Shown here one piece after another: positions 37,226-47,761 of a stretch of DNA of 64,000 nucleotides. Source of the DNA: a virus; the IMG/VR virus record IMGVR_UViG_3300037041_001083, positions 1 to 64,000 of that record; one strand, 5' to 3'. The first letter of the stretch is position 1. Every line of letters begins with the position of its first letter. Under the pieces are notes generated by a model. The model did no database searches, was not told the origin of the DNA, and worked only from the letters and a program-made list of their open reading frames with translations. The position numbers were made by a program, and so were the translations under genes.

Positions 37226-39195
37226 GCGTTCATAATCCCATTATTATTGTTTGAAGAACCAAGATCACTTGTTTCAAATTCATTTTGTGTTTCAAGGTTA
37301 TATCTAATGCCTCTTATCACAGTTAATGTAGTAGTTATTTGTGCTCCATAGGTATATTCATCAACAAGGGCTTGTACATAAAACAATTCAATCTTGGGAT
37401 ACCTATTTACGTCGTCAATACGAGTTTTAATATATCGACATGGTACGCCAATACGGGCTTCTGGTAAGAATCTACATGTTATTGATCCATTGAGGAAATA
37501 AGGATTTAAGTAATACCAATTTGCTATTGTTTTACTAAATGAAGCCAATAAACTTTGAAAAGTAGATTCTTCTTCATCTGATTTTTGTCCTGATTGAACA
37601 TAAAACGATTGTAGTTCCATCATCCTAAAACCATATTTTTTAATACTTACTGGATCTATTATTATGCCTCCAGCATCAGCACTTAATATCCTTACAGTCA
37701 TTTGTGATATTTGTTCCGATTGCATTGGCAATACGCAAAATCCATTATGTCTATCATGTCCTGACCTACCTACGCTATAGTTTAATACTGTAGGAGTATA
37801 TGAAGTAGCTTTCCCAATTATTTGTTCCAATTTGTCATTTAATATTGCTGGTGAATTAACCCTATCGGTAGCTCCCATGATAGTGAATGCAGAAGGCATT
37901 AATTCCAATAAACTTAATGAAACTCCAGTTTGTTCCTCTTTAAACGAATCATTTAATGTTTCAGTAGGTGATATTAAATAATCAGCTACATTTTGTGTCA
38001 TTCCTTTTGCTATATTGTACGGTCTTTGCCTAAATACTACTGTAGGTATATTCCTTGCTATTTCACTACGACCATTTGTATAAGAAAGAGCTTCATCATT
38101 AGCCACACCATTTGGACACATATCAAACCAAAATTCATTCATAAACTCATTGGTTAATCCTTTGAGTAATTCAAAGAATCCTGTTGTTGATGATTGAGCT
38201 GTCATAAATGAACGATTAAAGTTTTTTCCTGCTGTTGGCTTAATGCTTTTCAGACTTAAATAAGCAAAAATAGATTTAGAACCAGAATTTTTTGCACTTT
38301 TAAGCAATGTTTTTATATTGTCCATAAAATTGGTATTTTGTTTTCGTGTAGATTCAGGAGCTTCTTCTATTCTTTTTAAAAACGCATCTATAGTTTTTTC
38401 AGCTATTTCCAAATTTTCCTTAACAACTTCATTATCTAAATCTCTTGCTAATGATGTTGGTATTTGCCATTGAGGAAAGGGAACGGCGGTAAGGATTGTT
38501 GTTAATAGTTCTCTTATTATTTCATCAGGTGATGCTATATAAGGAATGGTAGTACCATAAAACACATTTACAGCATTCAATCCTGCGATGTTTTCATTAT
38601 AGTAAAGTGTTATGTCTTGAATAATAGAACCAAACGAACGACCTGATACTTGGAACATCACTCGCGGCCCTGATTCTGTTTGATGTTCAACCCGTTCAAC
38701 CCGATCAATTTTACCGAAAAACCTTTCGTACATTAACAAAAACGAAGCCTTTTTAATCCTTTTTTGTGTGCCATTTCCATAAACTGGTATAGGCAATACT
38801 GAACTATCACCAAGATATGCAAAATTACTATTTATATCAATCCCAATAAATCCCGATGCAATATTGAAATGTGAATCATTTATATCATGGCTGCTAATCT
38901 TGTCTCCCATGAATATTCTTATAAAACTATCAGGATTAATTAATTCATCCCAAGGGCGTGTTGGCAATAAAGTCATACTGAACGATCCATTGATGTCTTC
39001 AACACTTCGCTCACACCTACAAGCCTGTATTTCGTGATACAGGAGGTAATCACCACCAGCTTCATCATCTGCTTTATATATTTTCGCTGCACAACCTGAG
39101 TTTTGGTCATAAGCATATGCATCACGCTTTACATCACTCATTATCTTATGCTCCCATTCTACCGTTAGGCTGTGTAATCCTGTTCCTAAGCACAC
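37222..39195 (-). CDS. Baseplate hub protein
   Basis: GSFSMTL, FFGKID, VSGRSFG, NGSIT...RIG; follows the tape measure; likely start near 39141. Confidence 0.75.
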   Translation of the reverse strand: MCLGTGLHSLTVEWEHKIMSDVKRDAYAYDQNSGCAAKIYKADDEAGGDYLLYHEIQACRCERSVEDINGSFSMTLLPTRPWDELINPDSFIRIFMGDKISSHDINDSHFNIASGFIGIDINSNFAYLGDSSVLPIPVYGNGTQKRIKKASFLLMYERFFGKIDRVERVEHQTESGPRVMFQVSGRSFGSIIQDITLYYNENIAGLNAVNVFYGTTIPYIASPDEIIRELLTTILTAVPFPQWQIPTSLARDLDNEVVKENLEIAEKTIDAFLKRIEEAPESTRKQNTNFMDNIKTLLKSAKNSGSKSIFAYLSLKSIKPTAGKNFNRSFMTAQSSTTGFFELLKGLTNEFMNEFWFDMCPNGVANDEALSYTNGRSEIARNIPTVVFRQRPYNIAKGMTQNVADYLISPTETLNDSFKEEQTGVSLSLLELMPSAFTIMGATDRVNSPAILNDKLEQIIGKATSYTPTVLNYSVGRSGHDRHNGFCVLPMQSEQISQMTVRILSADAGGIIIDPVSIKKYGFRMMELQSFYVQSGQKSDEEESTFQSLLASFSKTIANWYYLNPYFLNGSITCRFLPEARIGVPCRYIKTRIDDVNRYPKIELFYVQALVDEYTYGAQITTTLTVIRGIRYNLETQNEFETSDLGSSNNNNGIMNA

Positions 39196-42100
39196 TCGTT
39201 AATTGTTCAAGTGCTGCTGTGTTTTTCTTCGATAAAGTTGCGTGTTCCTGTGAACCACTATCCTGTGTTTTTTGCACTTGCGGTTTCGCTGCTTCTGGTG
39301 CAGGTGCAGCCGTTGTAACTGGTGCTGGCATAGGCGTTGCTGGAGTTAAATCAAACTTGTTCATTGGAGGCTGTACAAGCGACTGCATAGATTTGGTTTT
39401 TGGAACAAGAGGATTCGACATATCAAATTTTTTATTTAATATTTTTGCTGCTGGCTTAGGAGGAGTAATTGCTGCCTCAGATGCCGCTTTAATTGGTGCT
39501 GGTGCTGGAGTTGTTACCTTCTTAGTTGTTGATTTTGGTGCTGGCATAGGTTGAACTAAAGGAATATTGCCCCTTGTTACGCCCGCTACTTGTTCTTCGG
39601 TTATTGGCTTGCCACCTACCATCGGAGTAGTGGTTTCCATTTTATCCTTAAAATACCCAACTACTTCGTTTTCTAGTGCAGCAATCGAATCAATAGGTGA
39701 CATCAATCCTTCGCCTATTTGTCCAAGTAATCCTTTTTCCTGTAGTCCTTTAACTTTGTTTTTTAAATATTTTTCCTGTGCTTCTGGAGTCATTTTAGCA
39801 AGCATGACTATATCAACACCAGCCATCATCGCATCAATAGGTGCAAAATATTTCCCTGCCGCTTTACTAAATCCTTTTGCTGCTGGCAATACTTTACCAA
39901 GTGCAGAACCTGTTTTTGCAAGCCAAGTTCCAAATTTTGATGCTCCCTCTACTGTTTTTGTCGCTGCTGTTACGACCTTCAATGCTTTAGGTGCAGTTTT
40001 CGCAGTTACGTTAGCAATCTCTGCTGCTTTACCTGTTGCTGACACTACTTTTGATGTTGCTTCGCTACCTTTTGCTACCGCTGTAATTCCTGCTTTAGCC
40101 ACACCCGTAACCCCAAGAGCAACCGCAATAGGTTTTAAAGCATCGACTACATCTTTAAATCCTCCTTGGTTATTTGTGTCGCTTAATCCCACAGCACCAG
40201 CGAGCGTTACAAGTCCATCAACCGCTTTTTGTGTAATCTCATTCTGTAATTTCTGGATACCCATTATTGCTGGTAAGGTTTCATCAACTCCCTTAGTTAA
40301 TATTCGTTGTTCTTCCTTAGATATATCCAGCATTTGTAGCATTGGATCTTTTGTCGTTTCTTCCAATGCTTTCAAATCTTTTTCAGCAGCAGGAGTCATG
40401 CCTTCCTTGTCGATTTTTGCAACCAATGCTTGTGTTTGTTTTATTTGCTCTTGAGTAAGTCCTGTTAAATCACCTAATGCCAACTCAGCACTCGCACCCT
40501 TACCGAACTCCTTACCAGCTTGATCGAATATTGATTTTAAGTTTTCAACAGTATCTTTGGAACTTCCTCCGAATATTCCCTTTTCCATTCGCATACGGGT
40601 TTTTTGATATTCTTCAGCCAAACCACCTTCACGGCCACCTTGCTTTTGCGAACCAAATCCCATTGCTCGCATCATAAAGCCAGTGCCAATTCCACCAGTT
40701 CCTTTAGCAGAACCTTTTACAAATTGGTCAATTCCTCGAAGGCCAGCCATAATCGGCCCAGCCATAAAGGACTCTTTAGTTCCACCAGTTTTTGATATGA
40801 ACGCACCTAATGATTTGGCAATTTCACCTGCGTTATTTGAACCCGTAAGCTTGTTATTCTCAGCTTGAAGTCCTATTACTTCCTGCGTAAACTCGGTTAT
40901 TTTTGCCTTGTCGATACCAGCCTTGATCCCCTCAGCCATGATTTTCTTGAGCTGGCTTATTGATTCCGTTCCTACCGCACCACCAGCTCGCCCAAGCTGA
41001 CCTGCTTGCTGGAATAATTCGCCACGTTCCATGCCTGTCGATCTAGCCACTCTTGATATTTGCGTGAGTCCACTGACCGCTGCTTTACCCCCGATTGCCC
41101 TTGCACCAGCCTGAACGTCAGCGAGGTTTTCTTGAGGAGCATAACCTAATCCGGGAGCACCATATTGCGCCTGTTTTGCCTGTGCTGTGCCGCCAAGGAT
41201 CGCACTTGCCCTCACTCGTTGCTCTGCTATTGCTGGAGCCATTTGCTTCATGCGGTAGCCTTGCAATGCGGTGTAACCAGCAGCAGCAATACCACCACCA
41301 ATCAAACCACCCTTAACCATCCCAAGACCTTTTGTTGCCAGTCCTGCAATGCCACTTAAACCTGACTCCTCAGCACCTTCTCTAGCAGCTTCATAGCCAC
41401 GGGAACTATATTTTGCAATGGTTGCAGCGGTGGATACTCCGGGCAAATTCATATCAGAGGCGGCTTCTAATAATGCATATCTACCTTTACTAAATGCTCG
41501 ACGACCACCACGACTACTGCGACCACCACGACTACTGCGACCACTACCACCTTGTTCCTCTTCATGGTCTATGAATCTGGCACGACCTTTTTTGATAAGT
41601 TTTTCGGATTCCTGTACTAATTTTTCCTGATTTACTACAGATGTCTCTGTGAGTTTTTTTTCCTCATGCAAACTTTTTAAATATACACGTTCGTTTTTTT
41701 CCAAGTCCTGATGTTGTTTTATTTTTAATTTTCCATACCGTATATCTTGGTCAAATGTTTGTGAATATGCCTTGTGAAATTCTAATTCTTTTTTTTGTAA
41801 TTCATGTTTTTGCTTAAATACCTTGTACTCTTTTTCAGCTCGTTCAAGCCCTGTTTGTTTTTCCTGCAATGTTTGAAATGCTGGAGCAACCTTGGCCTCT
41901 TGTGTTTGATATGCGGCTTCCACTGTTGGCATTGCTTCCTTGCCAACCTTGCGGAGCTTGGTAATATTCTTTTCATCTGTGCCTGTTATTTCACGAATAG
42001 TAGCAGCTTTTTCCTTAGTTATTTTTCCCGTAGTTGCTGCTTTTAAGTCAATAGCTTTGCCCTGCGCCTTGTTTGCTTCCTCTTGTGCTTGTAGTGCTTG

Positions 42101-42616
42101 TTTTAATGCTTGCTGCTCCTCCTGACGAGCAACATTGTATTGCTTACCAGCACCAACTCGCATTTCCTGTGATTGCTTTGCTTCTGCTTCTGGTTTTTCG
42201 AGATATGCTTTTTTTTGTTGTTCAAAATGAGTAATTTTTCCTAAAGTTTTCGTTATTTCCTCACCATAATTTTTCATCTCACCTTTAGAATCTTTTATCA
42301 TTCTATCCAATGCGCCTACATGCTCTTTAGCACCCTTTAGCATATCCTCTAATGCGGTAGTAACCACCGATAAGCTGCTGGATTGAGGATTAAAACGACC
42401 CTGAAATAACTTTTGGTACTCTCCTGCTGCTTTTTCAGTTTTATCCTTAAACTTATCCATTTCCATCACTTCATCGACAGTCAAATCTCTACTCTTGGAA
42501 ATGAGTTCATTTATTTTGTCAAACTCGGAAGTGACAGCTTTAAGCTCCTCAGCCATGCGATTTATTTGGACTGTCTGCTGCGTCATTTGTAATTGATTTT
42601 CAAGTAAGTCAGCCAT
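39146..42616 (-). CDS. Tail tape measure protein
   Basis: 1156 aa, helical, Ala/Gly/Lys-rich; after the tube and chaperone genes. Confidence 0.85.
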   Translation of the reverse strand: MADLLENQLQMTQQTVQINRMAEELKAVTSEFDKINELISKSRDLTVDEVMEMDKFKDKTEKAAGEYQKLFQGRFNPQSSSLSVVTTALEDMLKGAKEHVGALDRMIKDSKGEMKNYGEEITKTLGKITHFEQQKKAYLEKPEAEAKQSQEMRVGAGKQYNVARQEEQQALKQALQAQEEANKAQGKAIDLKAATTGKITKEKAATIREITGTDEKNITKLRKVGKEAMPTVEAAYQTQEAKVAPAFQTLQEKQTGLERAEKEYKVFKQKHELQKKELEFHKAYSQTFDQDIRYGKLKIKQHQDLEKNERVYLKSLHEEKKLTETSVVNQEKLVQESEKLIKKGRARFIDHEEEQGGSGRSSRGGRSSRGGRRAFSKGRYALLEAASDMNLPGVSTAATIAKYSSRGYEAAREGAEESGLSGIAGLATKGLGMVKGGLIGGGIAAAGYTALQGYRMKQMAPAIAEQRVRASAILGGTAQAKQAQYGAPGLGYAPQENLADVQAGARAIGGKAAVSGLTQISRVARSTGMERGELFQQAGQLGRAGGAVGTESISQLKKIMAEGIKAGIDKAKITEFTQEVIGLQAENNKLTGSNNAGEIAKSLGAFISKTGGTKESFMAGPIMAGLRGIDQFVKGSAKGTGGIGTGFMMRAMGFGSQKQGGREGGLAEEYQKTRMRMEKGIFGGSSKDTVENLKSIFDQAGKEFGKGASAELALGDLTGLTQEQIKQTQALVAKIDKEGMTPAAEKDLKALEETTKDPMLQMLDISKEEQRILTKGVDETLPAIMGIQKLQNEITQKAVDGLVTLAGAVGLSDTNNQGGFKDVVDALKPIAVALGVTGVAKAGITAVAKGSEATSKVVSATGKAAEIANVTAKTAPKALKVVTAATKTVEGASKFGTWLAKTGSALGKVLPAAKGFSKAAGKYFAPIDAMMAGVDIVMLAKMTPEAQEKYLKNKVKGLQEKGLLGQIGEGLMSPIDSIAALENEVVGYFKDKMETTTPMVGGKPITEEQVAGVTRGNIPLVQPMPAPKSTTKKVTTPAPAPIKAASEAAITPPKPAAKILNKKFDMSNPLVPKTKSMQSLVQPPMNKFDLTPATPMPAPVTTAAPAPEAAKPQVQKTQDSGSQEHATLSKKNTAALEQLTSVLRNRITQPNGRMGA

Positions 42617-43112
42617 TTGCTACTCCCAGTTTTTTCGCAAGCCCTTTGAGGATAGGATCGTCTTCCAATCCCTGTTTAAGCCAATCGTCGGAACTAAAAT
42701 CAGCTATTTCAACCTTGTTCCCTGCTTCACTCATTTTCTCGCCCTTGTCGCTCCAAGTCACTACCTTTGGCGCAGTCATATCAGGAATCACTACACCGCC
42801 GTTAGGATCGCTCCACAAGTCTGATCTGAATATGCTTACACCCTCGCCTATGTGTGCAAAGGCCGCATTCAAATCAGGGTCTTCTCCTCGTGCAAACGCT
42901 TCCTCCAGCTTATCAATAATTTCATCACCTGTTTTATAATACTTGTATCCGGTAACATTATTAACGCACTTATTAATGCCTCTTGATTCCATACTATCGG
43001 GATTTTCAAATAAATGCTGCTCCCATGTTTCAAGCAACATCTCCTCTGGGGTGTAATCCTTCCAGCTTTCATATGCTGGTTTATTGAAACGATTTTGCCA
43101 CGATATACGCAA
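42609..43112 (-). CDS. Tail assembly chaperone, downstream part
   Basis: Between chaperone and tape measure; frame stays open upstream to 43235 without an ATG. Confidence 0.6.
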   Translation of the reverse strand: MRISWQNRFNKPAYESWKDYTPEEMLLETWEQHLFENPDSMESRGINKCVNNVTGYKYYKTGDEIIDKLEEAFARGEDPDLNAAFAHIGEGVSIFRSDLWSDPNGGVVIPDMTAPKVVTWSDKGEKMSEAGNKVEIADFSSDDWLKQGLEDDPILKGLAKKLGVANG

Positions 43113-43235
43113 CCGTTCCCAGTTGTTTTCAAGGTTTTCTCGTGCTTTTTGTTTAATGGAATTAGCCCAGTAATCGGGGTTGGTGATTACTGGTTCATCA
43201 TCTTTTTTTTTGATGTCGAAACAGGAATTACCCTG

Positions 43236-43622
43236 TTATTCTGCTTGACTGGTAGTTTCATCGCTTACGTCCTCGACATAAAAGCTGTTGTTATATCCAA
43301 CAATTTTGTCATACAAGGCACGAAGCATGGTTACGTCATTAAGAAACTCATTGTCGAGCCAATTATCATCCTTCACTTCCTGCTTTGACCATATAGGCTC
43401 ACAAAGGACGCTGATATAAGCAACCATCTCTAAGTGAAAAGCATCAGTGTTTTTCACAGGAATTTCACCGCCCATTAAGCTGGATTTTACCCTGCTTATC
43501 TCGGTTTGAAGTCCCGGTGTAACACGATGGATTTTAAACACTCGGCGATAATTGCCTATGTCACGAATTTTTGATTTGAACTCAAAAGGAATTTCTTTAA
43601 ATCGTTCTATTACTACTGGCAT
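43236..43622 (-). CDS. Tail assembly chaperone
   Basis: Position after the tail tube; GGAG RBS. Confidence 0.7.
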   Translation of the reverse strand: MPVVIERFKEIPFEFKSKIRDIGNYRRVFKIHRVTPGLQTEISRVKSSLMGGEIPVKNTDAFHLEMVAYISVLCEPIWSKQEVKDDNWLDNEFLNDVTMLRALYDKIVGYNNSFYVEDVSDETTSQAE

Positions 43623-43653
43623 GTTTTACTCTCCAACTAACAATTAATTAATA

Positions 43654-44196
43654 CTACGCCAATTCACTATTGGTTGAGTATATTTCGCTGGTGTTTTCAC
43701 CTTGGTCAATCATCAAACGAGCAACAAAGTTGCAGTTCTCAGCTACGGGAGCACGACCGGAAATATCCCACGATTTGGTAGTACATTTTACGCCCTTAAC
43801 CGTGTACACATTTGCTGCTGTAACTTGGTCATAGATGTAAGCAGTCATACCACCGCTTTTCAAAATTCCCATTCCATCAGTACCAAACGCTGGCATGATT
43901 TGTGGAGAAGTAGCGGTAACAGATCCAGCTTCACCACCTGCATCGGGCAATGGCATTGCTGTCTGAGAAGCCATTCTCGTGAACGCAGCCAGCCGTGACA
44001 ACTGTGCGGTCATTTCCACAGTGTAACCAATGGGAACATGCTCAAGCACCGCTAAACTACCGCATCCTTCTATTGGAGCGTAGTTAATGGCTGTGCTACC
44101 AGTTACGGCGAGCATATAGCCAACGGTTTGTGCGCCTATTTTTAATACGGCTCTTGCGCCTGAAAAAACTTTACTTGCATTTGCGGATTCAGCCAT
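43654..44196 (-). CDS. Tail tube protein
   Basis: VFSGARA.LKI...VG, EHVPIGY; directly after the sheath. Confidence 0.85.
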   Translation of the reverse strand: MAESANASKVFSGARAVLKIGAQTVGYMLAVTGSTAINYAPIEGCGSLAVLEHVPIGYTVEMTAQLSRLAAFTRMASQTAMPLPDAGGEAGSVTATSPQIMPAFGTDGMGILKSGGMTAYIYDQVTAANVYTVKGVKCTTKSWDISGRAPVAENCNFVARLMIDQGENTSEIYSTNSELA

Positions 44197-44231
44197 GATT
44201 CACCTCCTAGTGAATTAAAATCAAGTTACTC

Positions 44232-46355
44232 TTATGCTTCCCGTATTGCTATTATTGTTGGCAATATAAAGCGGATGCCCTCCCAAGGCTCGACAGCTAA
44301 TTCATAACGTAGTTTCCCTGCGGATGCTTCGATAAGATTAGTGAGCTTGGAATCATAGCTTTTAATACTACCGCCACTTCTTTCAGAAGTTTCTGATTGT
44401 TCAATCGCATTAAGCACATCTTGACGACTAAACTTGGATACGCCTTGGAATACTGCTTTCATGTATCGACGATGATTAAATGCGAATATATCAAGTGACT
44501 CTACAGTTTCAATGAATATATTTGCGTTGTTTTCATCGGTTTTCCAACACTCGTATCCACCGACAATTCTGTTGATATTGGATTCATCAGGAGCAGCAAA
44601 TAAGCAGCCACCCTTGACCATTTCGGAACCATTGCGAATTGAATCCCACGATGCATCTTGGGTCAAACCGCTTACTGGTAACACACGATTTTCAAGTGGT
44701 GTTCCTACTGGGCTACCAGATTGAATTTGAGCGCATACCACTGGGAACGCATATTCTGGATAAGTAACAATGTTGCCATCAATATCGAGGTCATCAACTA
44801 TTTGGCTGGTTACTGCAACTCGACGGCTGTTCAACCGAGTACATTCATCGAGGAACGCTTGCTTGTTGCCGCTGATGGAAACGTAGCCTTGGCACTCAGA
44901 ACGTCCAAGGATGCTGGAGCGGTTTTCAACATGATCTTTAAGGATTGAGTTGACAGACTCGATAACGACGCTGCTACCATCCTGATCGTCTGAGGAAAAC
45001 AATGGGATTGCAATGTTGGTACGAAAGGATAACAGCGCATTAAACGCATCCTGTACTGAACTATTTGAGGTGCTACCATCAGAGCCACCCTGAAACTGCG
45101 TGGATGCCAAAGTTGTAGGCAATTTGTCGCCTTCATTTTCAGCACTACGAATAACATCAACCAATGTGCTTGTTTTGTAAGACCAGTCAACAAGTTCCCA
45201 AATACCAGCCTTGAAAGTTGTTGCAGTAGTTTTAATGCTTACTGGAGTAACAATTAAATCAAGATCAGATACCTTGAAATTGTCCTTGCTGTTCAATATG
45301 GCTGCTGTGTAACCAATCTTTGCATTGATAATTTGTGCAAGCTGTTTAAGTGTGCGACCAGTACAGTCAACACTAAATGCTGCTGATCCATCACTAGCTC
45401 CAGTAACAGTAGTCACAAGAGTCAACACATTTCCAACATAACTTAATGCTGCGGTTGCTGCGGAACCATTGCCTGTGTATACAAGACTGAAATAAGTTGC
45501 CAAGCCACATGCAGGACTTGATTCAGGTACACTAAGCTCATCTCTTATAGTTAATGATGTGCCACCACCAACAGTTGCGATTGCAGCAGTATACAATGCA
45601 GTAAATGCACCATATTGTTTCGTCTTAATCGTTATTTGTGGAACAGTGTCAGCAGTAACACCACCAGTTTGAGTAACAGTAAATCCTGATGTACCTGCAC
45701 TTTGACCAGTTCTTAATCCAGTTGCAATATCCGTTGCAATAACTGATGGATTAGTACCAGCAGCAGTCCATGCACCGTCACCACTGATTGCACTTCTTAC
45801 AGCGATAGCAACATTATTAGCGGAATCACCACTGGCTACAGTAGTAATTTTTACTGATCTATCTGCTCCGTGTACTGGTTCAATGGTTGTGCCTGTTTCA
45901 TCAATCCAAAATGCAACTGTTCCATCAGCATCAGGAATAACAAAATATTTACCATCAAGAGAGCCAAGTGTGTCAGCAACGCAACCAATAGTAATTACGT
46001 TTGCTACGCCCGTAACAAGCCCACCTACCTCAATTTGAGACTGTGTAGAATTGTTGGTTTTGAAAAACAAAACTGTCGAAGCTCCACCGGGAACTAATGG
46101 GTCAGAAGCAGTTGCTCGTAGTGCCAAACGCACCATGTTAGCACCCGGCCCACTTTTCAGTTCGTCTTTAACAATTTTTGGCGATGAGCCTCCGGGAAAC
46201 AAATGCATACCCGGTTTGCCGCCAACTGACTCTCCTACAAGCGCAACGATTCCAATTCCACCAGCCGATGGCTGTAGCAATCTGGAAACATCTGTGTAGG
46301 AATACACGCCGGGAATCGAAAGTTCCTGACCCATGAAAACAACAGTCCTGCCCAT
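44232..46355 (-). CDS. Tail sheath protein
   Basis: IPGVYS, IVALVGES.GGKP, FQGGSDG. Confidence 0.92.
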   Translation of the reverse strand: MGRTVVFMGQELSIPGVYSYTDVSRLLQPSAGGIGIVALVGESVGGKPGMHLFPGGSSPKIVKDELKSGPGANMVRLALRATASDPLVPGGASTVLFFKTNNSTQSQIEVGGLVTGVANVITIGCVADTLGSLDGKYFVIPDADGTVAFWIDETGTTIEPVHGADRSVKITTVASGDSANNVAIAVRSAISGDGAWTAAGTNPSVIATDIATGLRTGQSAGTSGFTVTQTGGVTADTVPQITIKTKQYGAFTALYTAAIATVGGGTSLTIRDELSVPESSPACGLATYFSLVYTGNGSAATAALSYVGNVLTLVTTVTGASDGSAAFSVDCTGRTLKQLAQIINAKIGYTAAILNSKDNFKVSDLDLIVTPVSIKTTATTFKAGIWELVDWSYKTSTLVDVIRSAENEGDKLPTTLASTQFQGGSDGSTSNSSVQDAFNALLSFRTNIAIPLFSSDDQDGSSVVIESVNSILKDHVENRSSILGRSECQGYVSISGNKQAFLDECTRLNSRRVAVTSQIVDDLDIDGNIVTYPEYAFPVVCAQIQSGSPVGTPLENRVLPVSGLTQDASWDSIRNGSEMVKGGCLFAAPDESNINRIVGGYECWKTDENNANIFIETVESLDIFAFNHRRYMKAVFQGVSKFSRQDVLNAIEQSETSERSGGSIKSYDSKLTNLIEASAGKLRYELAVEPWEGIRFILPTIIAIREA

Positions 46356-46373
46356 AAATACCCCCTCAATAAA

Positions 46374-46607
46374 TCAATAATTCAGGAAGAGTGTCACGAA
46401 CTCTTGTTCGGTAGCGAACTCTTTACCTTTACGAATTGCGAAAGCCCTCTTGCCTCCACGTTCCCATAACGGTATTCCCTTTATCCTCAAATATACGTCA
46501 ACATGAACCTTGGCTCCAACAGGTGGCAAAAAAGCCGTTTCTGGCTCCTTCAGCTCACTTTTGTCAAACTGCACATATTCACCACTACTTTTGTATTCCC
46601 TTTTCAT
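46374..46607 (-). CDS. Hypothetical protein
   Basis: AGGGGG RBS before MKREYK. Confidence 0.6.
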   Translation of the reverse strand: MKREYKSSGEYVQFDKSELKEPETAFLPPVGAKVHVDVYLRIKGIPLWERGGKRAFAIRKGKEFATEQEFVTLFLNY

Positions 46608-46995
46608 TCTGACCCCCTGACATCTTGAAAGCACCCGTTAGGGTTTTGATTGCTTGAAAAATTAACTCCGATGCTAACGTCGTGAACATCGGTGGCTTTG
46701 ACTTAATTCTAACGAAAGGCATGTTGTTATGGAAGATGCTAATTAATTGTTTGCCAACGGGATCGTAAGTTATCATGTTAGGCTTCAATATGTGATATTT
46801 CTCACAGAGCTTTACCATGTACTCATTCCTCGACTGAACAATCTGATCCTTAAACAAACTCAGGTTATGCCCAAGTTCATTATGCACCGTTTCCATCGCT
46901 CTTATATGCTCGAACATAGCTATTTCACTATCAGCTATTTTTATCGTTAATTGACTGTTGGCTTTTTGCCATTCTAACACTGACTCTTCTAACAC
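46585..46995 (-). CDS. Hypothetical protein
   Basis: GGAGG RBS; within the operon. Confidence 0.65.
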   Translation of the reverse strand: MLEESVLEWQKANSQLTIKIADSEIAMFEHIRAMETVHNELGHNLSLFKDQIVQSRNEYMVKLCEKYHILKPNMITYDPVGKQLISIFHNNMPFVRIKSKPPMFTTLASELIFQAIKTLTGAFKMSGGQNEKGIQK

Positions 46996-47004
46996 TTTAG
47001 CCTC

Positions 47005-47754
47005 CTATATCGGCACTTGTTCGCCACCACCTATGTCAATCGCTCCACCTTCAACTTCGGTGTATCCATTTTGAGGAATCCAAAACCCTTCGGTCTTACT
47101 ACAGTTTACAGCACAATCACGCTGGTAAACAAAGTTACCAGCTTCAATGTATTCTGACCTTGGCTCAACGTCACCCCATGCTTGGGTAAAGTTTTTTAAC
47201 CCGTATGCCTCCAGCTCCAAACGATACCGCATGAACGCATATTTTATAATGGTATACAAAATTGTTGTGTGACTCTCTGAATTAGTTGCCAAGGTTACAG
47301 TGTTGGTACAATCAAATTCGGTAACATATTGCTTAATCCGCTGACCTACATATTCACCTTCTCCAGCAGTACCACCTACATAATCATCGGCTGAATCGTT
47401 GTCCATCCTGATTGAAATGCAAGGGAAATCAGCCATAGTCATCGGAAAACCGTGGATGATTTTTATGTTTGCTTCGGCAAGATATTGCCGTATTTCAGTA
47501 ACAGTCGGGAAACTATTTCTCCATATTGATAGCATCCCAGTTTCAGCCTGACGACGAGGTATTTCAGCGAGGCGTTGCTGGAAATAATCCATTGGCAATT
47601 TATCTCTGTGTCCATCATCACCCATTACTGCACCCTCATTGGTGCAATCGCTGGTAATAAATAACTGTTCAAGCAATCCCGGAGTATTCACTACATCGTC
47701 AAACCCTATGCGAATTGCAAACTCAAGAAGTATGCCAGTGTTGATAAAAGCCAT
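47005..47754 (-). CDS. Tail completion/terminator-like protein
   Basis: IIHGFP...FPCISI; position before the sheath. Confidence 0.6.
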   Translation of the reverse strand: MAFINTGILLEFAIRIGFDDVVNTPGLLEQLFITSDCTNEGAVMGDDGHRDKLPMDYFQQRLAEIPRRQAETGMLSIWRNSFPTVTEIRQYLAEANIKIIHGFPMTMADFPCISIRMDNDSADDYVGGTAGEGEYVGQRIKQYVTEFDCTNTVTLATNSESHTTILYTIIKYAFMRYRLELEAYGLKNFTQAWGDVEPRSEYIEAGNFVYQRDCAVNCSKTEGFWIPQNGYTEVEGGAIDIGGGEQVPI

Positions 47755-47761
47755 TTTGTAC

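Noticed and set aside
41500-41550. 18-bp tandem repeat in the tape measure gene (GGRSSR)
   Set aside because: Simple in-frame low-complexity duplication
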